IMG/VR virus record: IMGVR_UViG_3300023099_000002
Span: 1-52,559 of that record
Reading direction: 5' to 3' (one strand)
From: a virus
DNA length: 52,559 bases
The notes under the pieces were generated by a model. That model did not search any database and was not told where the DNA came from. It saw nothing but the letters and a program-made list of their open reading frames with translations. Of the stretch, positions 18,928-27,194 are shown in pieces. Every line of letters begins with the position of its first letter. The stretch's first letter is position 1. The position numbers were made by a program, and so were the translations under genes.

Positions 18928-18931
18928 CTCC

Positions 18932-19075
18932 ATGTCCGACTACCACAACCAAACAGACTACACCTACACGCCACCTGAGCGCAAAGCATCATATTTTGCT
19001 GTGATAATCACATTGGCAGGCGTGGTCGCTATGGGTGTTATTTATTTCATTCTAAACACACTAAGCAACACATGA
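18932..19075 (+). CDS. 47-aa tail-anchored membrane peptide, coupled to the cysteine peptidase
   Basis: Absent from the ORF track. ATG lies 5 nt after a TATCTTTA box. Its TGA overlaps ATG 19072 (ATGA). C-terminal TM segment YFAVIITLAGVVAMGVIYFIL. Confidence 0.5.
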   Translation: MSDYHNQTDYTYTPPERKASYFAVIITLAGVVAMGVIYFILNTLSNT

Positions 19076-19554
19076 ATACTAAAATTAAATACAAGCAGCC
19101 AACAGGGCATAACTGCGGATTGTACGCCATTTCTAATATATTCGATGACGACGGGATAATAAATGATGTGAGGTGTGAATACGGTAAAAACGGACATACA
19201 ATAAACGACCTAAATATATATTTAAGGGAAGACGGTAAAGATTACTACGTAGAAACATTGTACAAAAACATATTTAACACTCAACTGCCGGTTGAAGCTC
19301 ATGTTTGGCCTACAAGCAACATTGATACAATACCGCTACTTCTAACTGTAGCATTTGAATTAGGCGGCGTAAATCACATTGTCGGATTGCGGGTCATTAG
19401 TGACCGTACCGTGTATCTATACGATAGCCTAAGAGAATATGTAATAGAAACGGACTTTGCAAGTCTTCATGATTTTTACCCAATAATTTTTGGAGTTTTT
19501 GCGTTTAAAAGTTACGATCCCACAAATGAAGGATACGTATCATTTATTCAATAA
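19072..19554 (+). CDS. papain/C39-like cysteine peptidase
   Basis: Q9-x5-C15 (QPTGHNCGLYA) with downstream NHIVGL His and YLYDS Asp, matching the papain-fold catalytic pattern. Confidence 0.55.
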   Translation: MNTKIKYKQPTGHNCGLYAISNIFDDDGIINDVRCEYGKNGHTINDLNIYLREDGKDYYVETLYKNIFNTQLPVEAHVWPTSNIDTIPLLLTVAFELGGVNHIVGLRVISDRTVYLYDSLREYVIETDFASLHDFYPIIFGVFAFKSYDPTNEGYVSFIQ

Positions 19555-19569
19555 TAAAAACCATATCCC

Positions 19570-19923
19570 ATGCGTAAACTAATACTCCTCCTCGGTGGTA
19601 TACCGAAATCAATCCGCCGTATTATCTGCAAGATACTGCCTGTGACTACTAAGTTTCAAACAGCACTTGAAAGCGGTTATGCTGATGATCTCGTTAAGCT
19701 CATCCCTGGCACAACAGACGACACTATCCGAACAGCATTGGTACTGGCGCTAAGCGAGTTCAATGACATGCTTCGTAGGGCTAATGGTGCGCATGAGACT
19801 AAGGTAATCATGGGTGCTATAGCGACATCTGCAACTAAATGGGCCGATGGTCGTAAGCATGATACGCCGGAATACAGGGCCATGTTTGAGCGTGTTTATC
19901 AGGAAAGTAAAACAGCGGCATGA
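19570..19923 (+). CDS. hypothetical protein
   Basis: 117-aa ORF between the two peptidase genes. Confidence 0.55.
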   Translation: MRKLILLLGGIPKSIRRIICKILPVTTKFQTALESGYADDLVKLIPGTTDDTIRTALVLALSEFNDMLRRANGAHETKVIMGAIATSATKWADGRKHDTPEYRAMFERVYQESKTAA

Positions 19924-19973
19924 TCATTACAAAAATCGCTTGATACTTCGAAATTATCGCATTATTTACAATT

Positions 19974-20429
19974 ATGAAAGACAGAATAAGCATTGAGCGA
20001 ATATCAAAACTGCACCCAAAAGTACGGGATACATTTACGCGCTTCATAGATACCGCTGAGGCGGAACTGGGCATCACGCTAAGGGTAACGCAAGGCCTGC
20101 GAACTATAGCAGAACAGAACGCCTTATATGCGCAGGGGCGCACCGCACCCGGTAAGATAGTAACCAATGCAAGGGGAGGTAGTAGCTATCATAATTTTGG
20201 ACTCTCAATCGATGTTGCTGAATTGCAGGGAACCGCCATAAACTGGAACTTCGACTATAAGAAACTAGCACCGATAGCCGCAAGCATGGGTATTGAATGG
20301 GGCGGCCTGTTCCATAGCATAATCGATAAGCCTCATTTTCAGATAACATTCGGGTATAGTACGCAGAAACTGCTGCTGATGCCGAAAGATGCAAGCGGGT
20401 ATGTGGTAATGCCTAATGCAGTAGTATAA
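19974..20429 (+). CDS. endolysin, peptidase M15 (VanY / L-Ala-D-Glu peptidase-like)
   Basis: SYHNFGLSIDV (H-x6-D zinc motif), C-terminal DKPHFQ His, GRT.PG..VTNA motif. Confidence 0.85.
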   Translation: MKDRISIERISKLHPKVRDTFTRFIDTAEAELGITLRVTQGLRTIAEQNALYAQGRTAPGKIVTNARGGSSYHNFGLSIDVAELQGTAINWNFDYKKLAPIAASMGIEWGGLFHSIIDKPHFQITFGYSTQKLLLMPKDASGYVVMPNAVV

Positions 20430-20432
20430 ATA

Positions 20433-20461
20433 ACGGGGTGCAGTTGATAGCTGCACCCCGT
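20433..20461. terminator. bidirectional terminator between the convergent endolysin gene and the leftward operon
   Basis: 11-bp stem ACGGGGTGCAG/CTGCACCCCGT, A-rich on the 5' side and T-rich on the 3' side. Confidence 0.8.
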
Positions 20462-20468
20462 TTGTGTT

Positions 20469-20867
20469 TTAGTCTATTAGGTCGTGATTATCCGACTTAG
20501 ATTTATATAACATTTTACAGCTATTGGGCGTTTGGCCTCGTCCATTTTGCATCCAGTCTTTGAACTCCATGTTTTCTACAAAGTCCTGCACTGTTGGTAT
20601 AAATTTCATGCGATAATCTTCGAGTATATGCCGTTCACATATGTCTTTTACGGAAACTTTTTTGCCTCCTGAATTGGTTATATAAAGACCGAAAATAGGT
20701 TCCATGACTTCTTTAATCCAAAACATAGTATGCGTAAGTACCCTATGCCTATTGTCGGCTATTTGACCTTTGGAGCAATCCATTTTATTATGAATTGCTA
20801 AGTAGTCATCAAGACATCCGCCGAACATCTTAACCGAACTTTCCGAATGAATAATTGCGTTTGCCAT
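20469..20867 (-). CDS. conserved phage protein (DUF6915-like by recollection)
   Basis: 132 aa. The FGG..DDYL.IH...D.SK......RHR pattern is seen in many phages. Confidence 0.55.
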   Translation of the reverse strand: MANAIIHSESSVKMFGGCLDDYLAIHNKMDCSKGQIADNRHRVLTHTMFWIKEVMEPIFGLYITNSGGKKVSVKDICERHILEDYRMKFIPTVQDFVENMEFKDWMQNGRGQTPNSCKMLYKSKSDNHDLID

Positions 20868-20869
20868 AC

Positions 20870-21280
20870 TTAGTCGTTATCGTATTCTTCTGTTTCTATT
20901 TCACCGTTCCGTAATATTGTAACCTCAACATGGTCACCGAAAAGGTCTTTATAAAACTCTTCGGATATAGCCCCTAATGTATCTGCGAATTCATTAAACA
21001 TTTCTTTCTTTTCTGGCTTTTCGTAGTTTTCATCATTGTAGTAATCAACTCCATTAATATCTATACTATCGTAGCCGCCGTGCATTCCAAAAATACATTC
21101 ATCTCCGTCATTGAAATATGGCGTATACTGCCTCCATGACACCTTTTGCGCATCTGGGTATTTATCAAATACGGGCTTAAGTATCGGAAAGAAGTCTTTC
21201 CTGATTTCTTCGATCAATGCTTTACGCTGATTGTCGATGTCTTGAATTTTTGCTTTGATGTTATCAATCGCTGTGTTCAT
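20870..21280 (-). CDS. hypothetical protein
   Basis: 136-aa ORF in the leftward operon. Confidence 0.6.
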   Translation of the reverse strand: MNTAIDNIKAKIQDIDNQRKALIEEIRKDFFPILKPVFDKYPDAQKVSWRQYTPYFNDGDECIFGMHGGYDSIDINGVDYYNDENYEKPEKKEMFNEFADTLGAISEEFYKDLFGDHVEVTILRNGEIETEEYDND

Positions 21281-21317
21281 ATAATCCTCACCGGTTACGA
21301 TCCGAAACGTTTAGTTA

Positions 21318-21749
21318 TTATTTACCTGTACTTCCAAAACCACCAATGCCACGTTCACTATCTGGCAGCTGCTCTACCTCTACAAAAAGAGCCTGTTCGC
21401 ACTTAGCGAAAACCATCTGAGCGATGCGGTCGCCGTTGCTGATGTGATACGATTGAACGGAATGGTTAGTCATTATAACCTTTATTTCTCCCCTGTAGTC
21501 ACTGTCTATGGTGCCAGGCGAGTTAACAACCGTTATACCCATTACGGAAAGGCCGCTTCGGGGGCGTATCTGGGCTTCATATCCTTCTGGTATGGCGATA
21601 TGTATGCCGGTGGGTATTACCTTCACGCATCCGTGGTGTATGTATGTGCCCTGCTTAGGTATATTAGCCGTAAGATCCACCGCTGCGGCTCCTGATGTCT
21701 GGTATGCGGGGAGGTGGTGTGCGGACTTGTTTATTATTTTTATTTCCAT
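21318..21749 (-). CDS. dut: dUTP diphosphatase
   Basis: All five dUTPase motifs are present: AAAVDL, PRSGL, GTIDSDYRGE, RIAQMV and RGIGGFGSTG. Confidence 0.95.
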   Translation of the reverse strand: MEIKIINKSAHHLPAYQTSGAAAVDLTANIPKQGTYIHHGCVKVIPTGIHIAIPEGYEAQIRPRSGLSVMGITVVNSPGTIDSDYRGEIKVIMTNHSVQSYHISNGDRIAQMVFAKCEQALFVEVEQLPDSERGIGGFGSTGK

Positions 21750-21779
21750 GTTATTTTGCTGATTAAGGAGTATTTTTTG

Positions 21780-22151
21780 TTACTGGTTTTTAATACGTTT
21801 AAAATCTCTACAATCCCCCATCCTGTCAAGATATTTACTAAATGCATATTTCGCACTACAGCTATCATTGAACAATGCTATATCGCCTCCCATTTCTTCA
21901 TAAAAGCAGTATCCAAGATCATTAACACTTCTCATGATGCGAGTTCCTAGTTCCCCCCTGTATATAACTGCATATTTTCGCCTACATTCACTATATTCTA
22001 CTTGCGTTTCTACAGGCATTTTAAAATCACATGAATATATGCACTCATTGTTTTCTACGGTATCAACCGATTTTGCGGGTTCAATATTTTGATTTGTTCT
22101 GCATCCGCTCACCGTCACGGCAAGCAGTAGTAATGTTAGTGTGTATTTCAT
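21780..22151 (-). CDS. lipoprotein
   Basis: MKYTLTLLLLAVTVSGC: signal peptide plus lipobox Cys. Mature part is Cys-rich. Confidence 0.65.
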   Translation of the reverse strand: MKYTLTLLLLAVTVSGCRTNQNIEPAKSVDTVENNECIYSCDFKMPVETQVEYSECRRKYAVIYRGELGTRIMRSVNDLGYCFYEEMGGDIALFNDSCSAKYAFSKYLDRMGDCRDFKRIKNQ

Positions 22152-22522
22152 AGTTCTATGGTTAACGTCTTTCCAAGCGCAAATAAAAGGTTCTGTAATT
22201 GGTGCAGGTATTGAGGCGACCTATATAAATCAACTGTTTTGATCCACATCTGCCATTTGTCGCCCCACCATGCTATGGTGTAATTGTTCAACTTAAAACA
22301 TGGCATATTGCCTGCATTTTCTACTGTGGCACGGAATCCACACTTATCTAGTATCTCAGGCGATAACGGGATGGGATTATATTCATATAAATTTTCGGCT
22401 ATAGATATAGGAGCAGTCCTTATTTTATTGTCTAATATGCCAACAACCTTATGGGGCACCCATTCCTTTTCGGGTATATTCCAATAAACATAATTCCCGA
22501 TCATTAATTCGTTTGCGTTCAT
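22148..22522 (-). CDS. hypothetical protein
   Basis: ATGA-coupled 124-aa ORF. Confidence 0.6.
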   Translation of the reverse strand: MNANELMIGNYVYWNIPEKEWVPHKVVGILDNKIRTAPISIAENLYEYNPIPLSPEILDKCGFRATVENAGNMPCFKLNNYTIAWWGDKWQMWIKTVDLYRSPQYLHQLQNLLFALGKTLTIEL

Positions 22523-23001
22523 TTGTTCTGTTTTAATCGGCTTATCCGCCTGTTTAAATAAAATGCTGCTTTCTCAAGGTCTTGCAGCTCATTTTCTTTG
22601 CTCTTCTTACCGGCACGTAGGAAGTACTTCAATACATTCCCATCGCTGAAATTAAGCCCGTAATGCTCGATTATCTTGATTACCTCATATGGGTTATCAG
22701 CACCGCCGTAATGTGTGGGGTGGTTAACGTGGTCGGTAGTGGTGGATGCATATTCCACTGGCAGTAGTTCAAAATTATCAACAACAATATTTGCAGCTTT
22801 CCCTTGAGCTTCAATAAATGTGCCCCCTGCTACTGTTATATTGCATCCGTCCATATTGAAGGTGCATATAAACGTTTTTTTGTTTATTTCTTTTGTACGT
22901 ATCTGTATCATATGATTTGATTTAGTGTTTAGTATTCTATGCTCCGGAAACTGGCACACACCCATATCAGTACCGCATGTACACCTTGCTGCTATGCTCA
23001 T
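22519..23001 (-). CDS. DUF3310-domain protein
   Basis: C-terminal HPTHYGG....YEVIKIIEHYGLNF..GNVLKYFLRAGKK...DLEKAAFYL motif. Confidence 0.65.
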   Translation of the reverse strand: MSIAARCTCGTDMGVCQFPEHRILNTKSNHMIQIRTKEINKKTFICTFNMDGCNITVAGGTFIEAQGKAANIVVDNFELLPVEYASTTTDHVNHPTHYGGADNPYEVIKIIEHYGLNFSDGNVLKYFLRAGKKSKENELQDLEKAAFYLNRRISRLKQNK

Positions 23002-23009
23002 CTGCTTTA

Positions 23010-23210
23010 TTATTTTTGGTTAATAATTTTGTTTACTTCATTTACTGCTCTCTGCTGTTCGTCTTCTATCATAGCCGCTGATGCCATGTACTCACATATA
23101 TCGGCACAATCTGATATTCTTATTTCGCTATTCCAGTCCTTGCGACCATCATCGTACAGCATCCAGCGCTTAGCAAATATCAGCCGGTAAATGGCTTTTA
23201 GTTTTCTCAT
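23010..23210 (-). CDS. hypothetical protein
   Basis: 66-aa ORF, co-oriented. Confidence 0.5.
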   Translation of the reverse strand: MRKLKAIYRLIFAKRWMLYDDGRKDWNSEIRISDCADICEYMASAAMIEDEQQRAVNEVNKIINQK

Positions 23211-23262
23211 TTGCAGGTTTAGTTTTATTCGTGAAAGTAATCTTATCTGTGTCTTAGTTTAC

Positions 23263-23472
23263 TTAGCTAATCCATTGTTGATAATCTTCCTCTGTCAGTT
23301 CAATAATGTTGGTAATAACAGGATTCCTTAGACCCAGTTCGTCAGCCTCTATTATTTCAATTATTCGTTTCCTACTTGGATAATCCTTTGTATGGCTGAC
23401 TATCTGCATATTACCTGTAGCTTGTGCGCCTGAATTTACTAATGCCACATACATTACTATAAAGTATCTCAT
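23263..23472 (-). CDS. hypothetical protein
   Basis: 69-aa ORF. Confidence 0.5.
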   Translation of the reverse strand: MRYFIVMYVALVNSGAQATGNMQIVSHTKDYPSRKRIIEIIEADELGLRNPVITNIIELTEEDYQQWIS

Positions 23473-23729
23473 TGCTCACGGTTTAGGAACATGGTGAATA
23501 ATTCGGATGATGTGTATTCATCGCCGGCATCTCCAATATAGCAGTATTCCTCGTTATCATTTATGTGATAGTTTTGCCTTATCCAATCTGCGAATTCTAT
23601 CGCCAGTGATGCGCCTGCTTTGTAGTCCGCCATGCACAGATTGAATAGCTCTTTAGGTTCCCATTCGACAGTCCGTTTTATATTTACCTGTTGCTCTGCG
23701 TACTCCCGCGCCTTATCTTCTATTGTCAT
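23469..23729 (-). CDS. hypothetical protein
   Basis: 86-aa ORF, ATGA-coupled. Confidence 0.55.
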   Translation of the reverse strand: MTIEDKAREYAEQQVNIKRTVEWEPKELFNLCMADYKAGASLAIEFADWIRQNYHINDNEEYCYIGDAGDEYTSSELFTMFLNREQ

Positions 23730-23741
23730 TGGGGGTGGTTT

Positions 23742-23963
23742 TTAGTTAGTAATGAAGTGAAGATTATGCTTTTCAAAATGCGCCGAATACCAACCAACTT
23801 CATTATTGAATTCAACTTCAAACCATTCTACATTTTGGTTGTCCGTTTCTGAACCAATAACATTGACGTAATCACCTTCTTTTATACTTACTGATTCGCC
23901 AACCCATACGGTCGTAAGGGGTACTTTAAGTATTATCGCTTGCTGTATTATTTCTTTTTGCAT
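23742..23963 (-). CDS. hypothetical protein (SH3-like pattern, tentative)
   Basis: 73-aa ORF. Confidence 0.5.
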   Translation of the reverse strand: MQKEIIQQAIILKVPLTTVWVGESVSIKEGDYVNVIGSETDNQNVEWFEVEFNNEVGWYSAHFEKHNLHFITN

Positions 23964-24133
23964 TTTTGTTGTTTGTTTAAGTGTTTGCGAATAACATTCA
24001 TTGCGGCTTGATTGATTTTATTCTGGCAGATAGTGCATGTGTCATCGTAGAATGCTTTCTCTGCCTGTGATATGCGCAAGTTGCACCATCTGCACCTCAC
24101 GGCGTGTAGATACTTGTAGAATCGTGTAGTCAT
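23948..24133 (-). CDS. small zinc-ribbon protein
   Basis: CRWC...CTIC pairs. Confidence 0.5.
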   Translation of the reverse strand: MTTRFYKYLHAVRCRWCNLRISQAEKAFYDDTCTICQNKINQAAMNVIRKHLNKQQKCKKK

Positions 24134-24825
24134 TTCTCATCCAATTTACTAGTATAAAAAAATAACCACCCGTTTGCATCCCAGAAGGATTTGCATAGTT
24201 TGGCGGCGATGTAGGATTGCCAACTATCGGCTACATTTTCAAACCAAGTGCAACCATCTGCGTGATTAAGCCATAATATATTTCCGTGAATAGTATCATG
24301 AGAGTGTATAGCATGGTCAACCATTTGCGCCTTAGTTACGTCCCTGCACCTCACCACCTCGCACCCAACAGGCGTTATCCAAGTTCGGGCGGCTGAACGG
24401 GGCATATTGGCGGCGCTGCGGGTGGGTATCATTCGTTCGCTGCCGTCTTTGTTAAACACCTGCCATCCGTCAGCATCATACTCATTTATTGGCTCTGTAT
24501 TTTCCGAAATAAGTTCAATTATTTGCTTATCAAATTGAGTATAACCATTTGGGTCAACATAATAATATTTTCTCCACGGCTCACGCAGATATATCTTTTG
24601 TCCGATTTGATAAGGAGACTTATATAGATTTGTCACTTCGTAAACATCTTGGTCAGTTCTGGGATATTTAAATCGGGCTACGAAGTCATATCCCTTCCAT
24701 TGGGTAGACGGCACAATCTCCGTGGCTCTTGCGTCCATTCCGCCCTTCACTGGCACGACAAACGCAGTCTTACTCCCGTTCCTGAATGCTGCTGATTCTG
24801 CTGCTGTTACTATTAGGCTGTTCAT
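24130..24825 (-). CDS. hypothetical protein (ASCH-like pattern, tentative)
   Basis: 231-aa ORF with LREPW and MPRSAAR...V.V.R..DVT motifs. Confidence 0.5.
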   Translation of the reverse strand: MNSLIVTAAESAAFRNGSKTAFVVPVKGGMDARATEIVPSTQWKGYDFVARFKYPRTDQDVYEVTNLYKSPYQIGQKIYLREPWRKYYYVDPNGYTQFDKQIIELISENTEPINEYDADGWQVFNKDGSERMIPTRSAANMPRSAARTWITPVGCEVVRCRDVTKAQMVDHAIHSHDTIHGNILWLNHADGCTWFENVADSWQSYIAAKLCKSFWDANGWLFFYTSKLDEK

Positions 24826-25205
24826 GCTCTTTCTTTTAAAACGGTTAGTACAAATGTTATGGAAAATGAAAGTGCTGCATCATGATCTCCATGGTAAGCA
24901 AATTTCTCATACCCCATACCTTCTTCTGTTACTCTGGGATACCATTTAATAAAATCCGGGCATACCTCAACATGCACATGGAAACCCTTCTCCCGTAGCC
25001 ATTGGGCCGCAAGGGCGAGTGTGGGGGCAGAATAGTATTCTTCATTTACGTTCCAGTTGCATTCATCACGCTCTTCATCAATAATGAGAGCTCCGGAACT
25101 ATCTTCTGAGCAATCCCAGAAATATGAGTTAGTTTTCCAGTAAAACCCAAGTGATTTGAGTTTTGCCGCCTGCTCTGCGCTTACCTGCGCTAATTGTGTG
25201 TTCAT
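24822..25205 (-). CDS. hypothetical protein
   Basis: 127-aa ORF, ATGA-coupled. Confidence 0.6.
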   Translation of the reverse strand: MNTQLAQVSAEQAAKLKSLGFYWKTNSYFWDCSEDSSGALIIDEERDECNWNVNEEYYSAPTLALAAQWLREKGFHVHVEVCPDFIKWYPRVTEEGMGYEKFAYHGDHDAALSFSITFVLTVLKERA

Positions 25206-25408
25206 ATTATCTCATGGTCTTTTAAATGCTCAACAATATTCGGTACACGGTTACCTCGTGACTGATCAACACGACCCAGCTTATACGCCTGTTCGGCAGC
25301 TGATTTCATACGATCCTGTACTATGCGCAATATTTCTGCATGATGCACTTCTGGAATATCTAAGAATGCGCATTGCGATTTAACGATTTCGGTTTGTTCT
25401 GTGGTCAT
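25202..25408 (-). CDS. hypothetical protein
   Basis: 68-aa ORF. Confidence 0.55.
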   Translation of the reverse strand: MTTEQTEIVKSQCAFLDIPEVHHAEILRIVQDRMKSAAEQAYKLGRVDQSRGNRVPNIVEHLKDHEII

Positions 25409-25728
25409 TGCCTACTGTATTGTTTCAAGCTGTTATCTTCAGGCTTGAACTGTGAGTAATATTCGATGAATGTCGGGCCATCATGTACGGATCTTGAGTA
25501 TCTCGCCTGATCCCATATATCCTCTGCGAACTTCTCCTCATCTGGCAACAGGTCTGTGAGAATTTCTATGGCTGCATCTAATGCGTCATCATGCGTGTCT
25601 GAACGATCCATTCTGATGTCGTCCCATTTTTTAGCCTTTATCCGCTTAATGGCGATTTGTATGGGTGTTGTCATGTCTTTGTAGTTTATAATCATTAAAA
25701 ATATTACCTGATTTTTTAAAGAATTCAT
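25405..25728 (-). CDS. hypothetical protein
   Basis: Start is uncertain (ATG 25728 or 25674). Confidence 0.5.
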   Translation of the reverse strand: MNSLKNQVIFLMIINYKDMTTPIQIAIKRIKAKKWDDIRMDRSDTHDDALDAAIEILTDLLPDEEKFAEDIWDQARYSRSVHDGPTFIEYYSQFKPEDNSLKQYSRQ

Positions 25729-25903
25729 GATTTCTACGTATTCCCAAGAAGTCTGCGCAAAGTTTTAGAGACATAAAGTCAATAGATTCATCGCCTTTGC
25801 AAATAGTGCATCTAAGCCGAATTTGATAAACGCATTCTATCTCTTGTTTTCTGTGTTTTAGGAGTTTTGTCATAAGAAAAATGGCAACTAACGCATAGTT
25901 CAA
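25646..25903 (-). pseudogene. second-frame continuation of the HNH homing endonuclease (C-terminal DNA-binding-like segment)
   Basis: The +1 frame overlapping the HNH 3' end reads ...TICKGDESIDFMSLKLCADFLGIRRNH. This resembles the F.S...AA..LGI HTH tails of HNH/GIY-YIG homing enzymes. Confidence 0.4.
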
Positions 25904-26150
25904 TGAAATTCTCTATATTTCTTTCGTATAAATACCCATGACGTAGAGCCCAATGGTATCTTTTACTATTAGGTGTATGGCAAAAAGAGCATTTTTTAGC
26001 CTTTCCGTAATGGTATTTTATCCATTTATGAATAGCGGTACACTCAATCTTGCTTATTCCCTGTCTAGCGTGTGCGCTTTTCTTTTCTCCCGTTATCGGG
26101 TCTACAAGATTTTCTGGGTCTCTTATTGGGTCGTAGTCAACCTTGCTCAT
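25812..26150 (-). CDS. HNH endonuclease, N-terminal (catalytic) portion. It appears truncated by a frame change.
   Basis: HKWI..HYGK...CSFC........H......N..ELCVSCH..YD motif, followed by a NUMOD3-like TRDRMRLSNS segment and then a stop. Confidence 0.6.
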   Translation of the reverse strand: MSKVDYDPIRDPENLVDPITGEKKSAHARQGISKIECTAIHKWIKYHYGKAKKCSFCHTPNSKRYHWALRHGYLYERNIENFIELCVSCHFSYDKTPKTQKTRDRMRLSNSA

Positions 26151-26374
26151 ATCTCAACATTTAGCCCCTCAGTGGTTAACACATACACCCCATCTTTCAG
26201 CTCAACCAACTTGCGGGATATTAGCCCGTTGGCAGTGCCGGTGTGCTCAACCGTTCGGATACAATTACATAGCAACGTGTACGTATACGAAGGCGTACCC
26301 GTATACTTTAGCCTACCGTTCCACTTACGCATCTTGCGCAGCATGTCCTTCATGTTTTCGGTGGGGGGTGTCAT
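26147..26374 (-). CDS. hypothetical protein
   Basis: 75-aa ORF, ATGA-coupled. Confidence 0.55.
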   Translation of the reverse strand: MTPPTENMKDMLRKMRKWNGRLKYTGTPSYTYTLLCNCIRTVEHTGTANGLISRKLVELKDGVYVLTTEGLNVEI

Positions 26375-26553
26375 GGGCGAATGTTTTTAGCAGCGTTAAC
26401 CCATGCATTACTTTTTGTCTTACCTTCTGACAGCCGTATCTTATCTTGTCCGTAACTCGACCATACAAGATAATAAGCCTCTTGCATTCCTGATAAATAT
26501 CGTTCTGCATACGCTCGTGGATATTTCTGTCTAACTTTCTGTTCTGATGTCAT
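26371..26553 (-). CDS. hypothetical protein
   Basis: 60-aa ORF. Confidence 0.45.
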   Translation of the reverse strand: MTSEQKVRQKYPRAYAERYLSGMQEAYYLVWSSYGQDKIRLSEGKTKSNAWVNAAKNIRP

Positions 26554-26749
26554 TTTTTTGTTTTTCAGGTTTAGGCGTGTGTGATATTAGCGCAGCCCTT
26601 AATGCTTTCGATTGCTTTTTTTCGTACTTCTGAATTGCCGATATTTCTTTTGCTGTCAATACCGACCTTACGCCCCTGAAAAACTCTGCAATTTTCCAGT
26701 ATGGTACTTTTGTCTGTTCTGCAATAACCTTTCCTTTGAATATATCCAT
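26531..26749 (-). CDS. hypothetical small protein (possible HTH)
   Basis: 72-aa ORF near the head of the leftward operon. Confidence 0.5.
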   Translation of the reverse strand: MDIFKGKVIAEQTKVPYWKIAEFFRGVRSVLTAKEISAIQKYEKKQSKALRAALISHTPKPEKQKNDIRTES

Positions 26750-26764
26750 TTGTTTTACGTTGTT

Positions 26765-27073
26765 TTAGTACCAAAAATCTTCTATCAATAGTTCGCCACG
26801 GTAATAATAATCCATAACAGTATCTATAATGCTTTGTAATGTTGGGTAACTAGCTATTTGAATATTGCTGTCTGGATAGTAGATAGCCATAGATTCATCG
26901 AGCCGCCTACCCGCTATTTTTGAAACCTGCACAAACCATGTATCATTATCACCATCCTGATAAAAACTAAGCATATGAATAACACCGAAATAAGTTAAGT
27001 TATAACAGATGTTATTTTCATGTCCAACCGCCTTAGTTTTCTTTAGATCGATATGATTTACGTGGTGAGCCAT
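26765..27073 (-). CDS. hypothetical protein, first gene of the leftward operon
   Basis: ATG at 27073 (MAHHVNH...). The track's TTG at 27094 overlaps the -7 box. Confidence 0.55.
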   Translation of the reverse strand: MAHHVNHIDLKKTKAVGHENNICYNLTYFGVIHMLSFYQDGDNDTWFVQVSKIAGRRLDESMAIYYPDSNIQIASYPTLQSIIDTVMDYYYRGELLIEDFWY

Positions 27074-27091
27074 GTTTTTGCTTTTGTTACA

Positions 27092-27099
27092 CAAAGATA
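27092..27099 (-). promoter_or_regulatory. -7 box TATCTTTG (leftward early operon)
   Basis: Minus-strand match, 19 nt before ATG 27073. Confidence 0.5.
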
Positions 27100-27186
27100 C
27101 ATAACTAATCCAAACAACAAAATAAAATCCGAAATAAATTTCTTAATTATTTTCTTAATAAAATTTGCTATTCTCATTTCTTTATG

Positions 27187-27194
27187 TACTTTTA
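27187..27194 (+). promoter_or_regulatory. -7-like box TACTTTTA, extended TTTACACCA (rightward operon)
   Basis: Lies in the divergent intergenic region, 33 nt before ATG 27227. Confidence 0.5.

Noticed and set aside
21444-21762. Plus-strand ORFs antisense to dut
   Set aside because: The minus-strand frame carries all five dUTPase motifs.
25953-26430. Plus-strand ORFs 25953..26390 and 26143..26430, opposite the leftward early operon
   Set aside because: They are antisense to coupled minus-strand genes, including an HNH with clear motifs. The translations are low-complexity.
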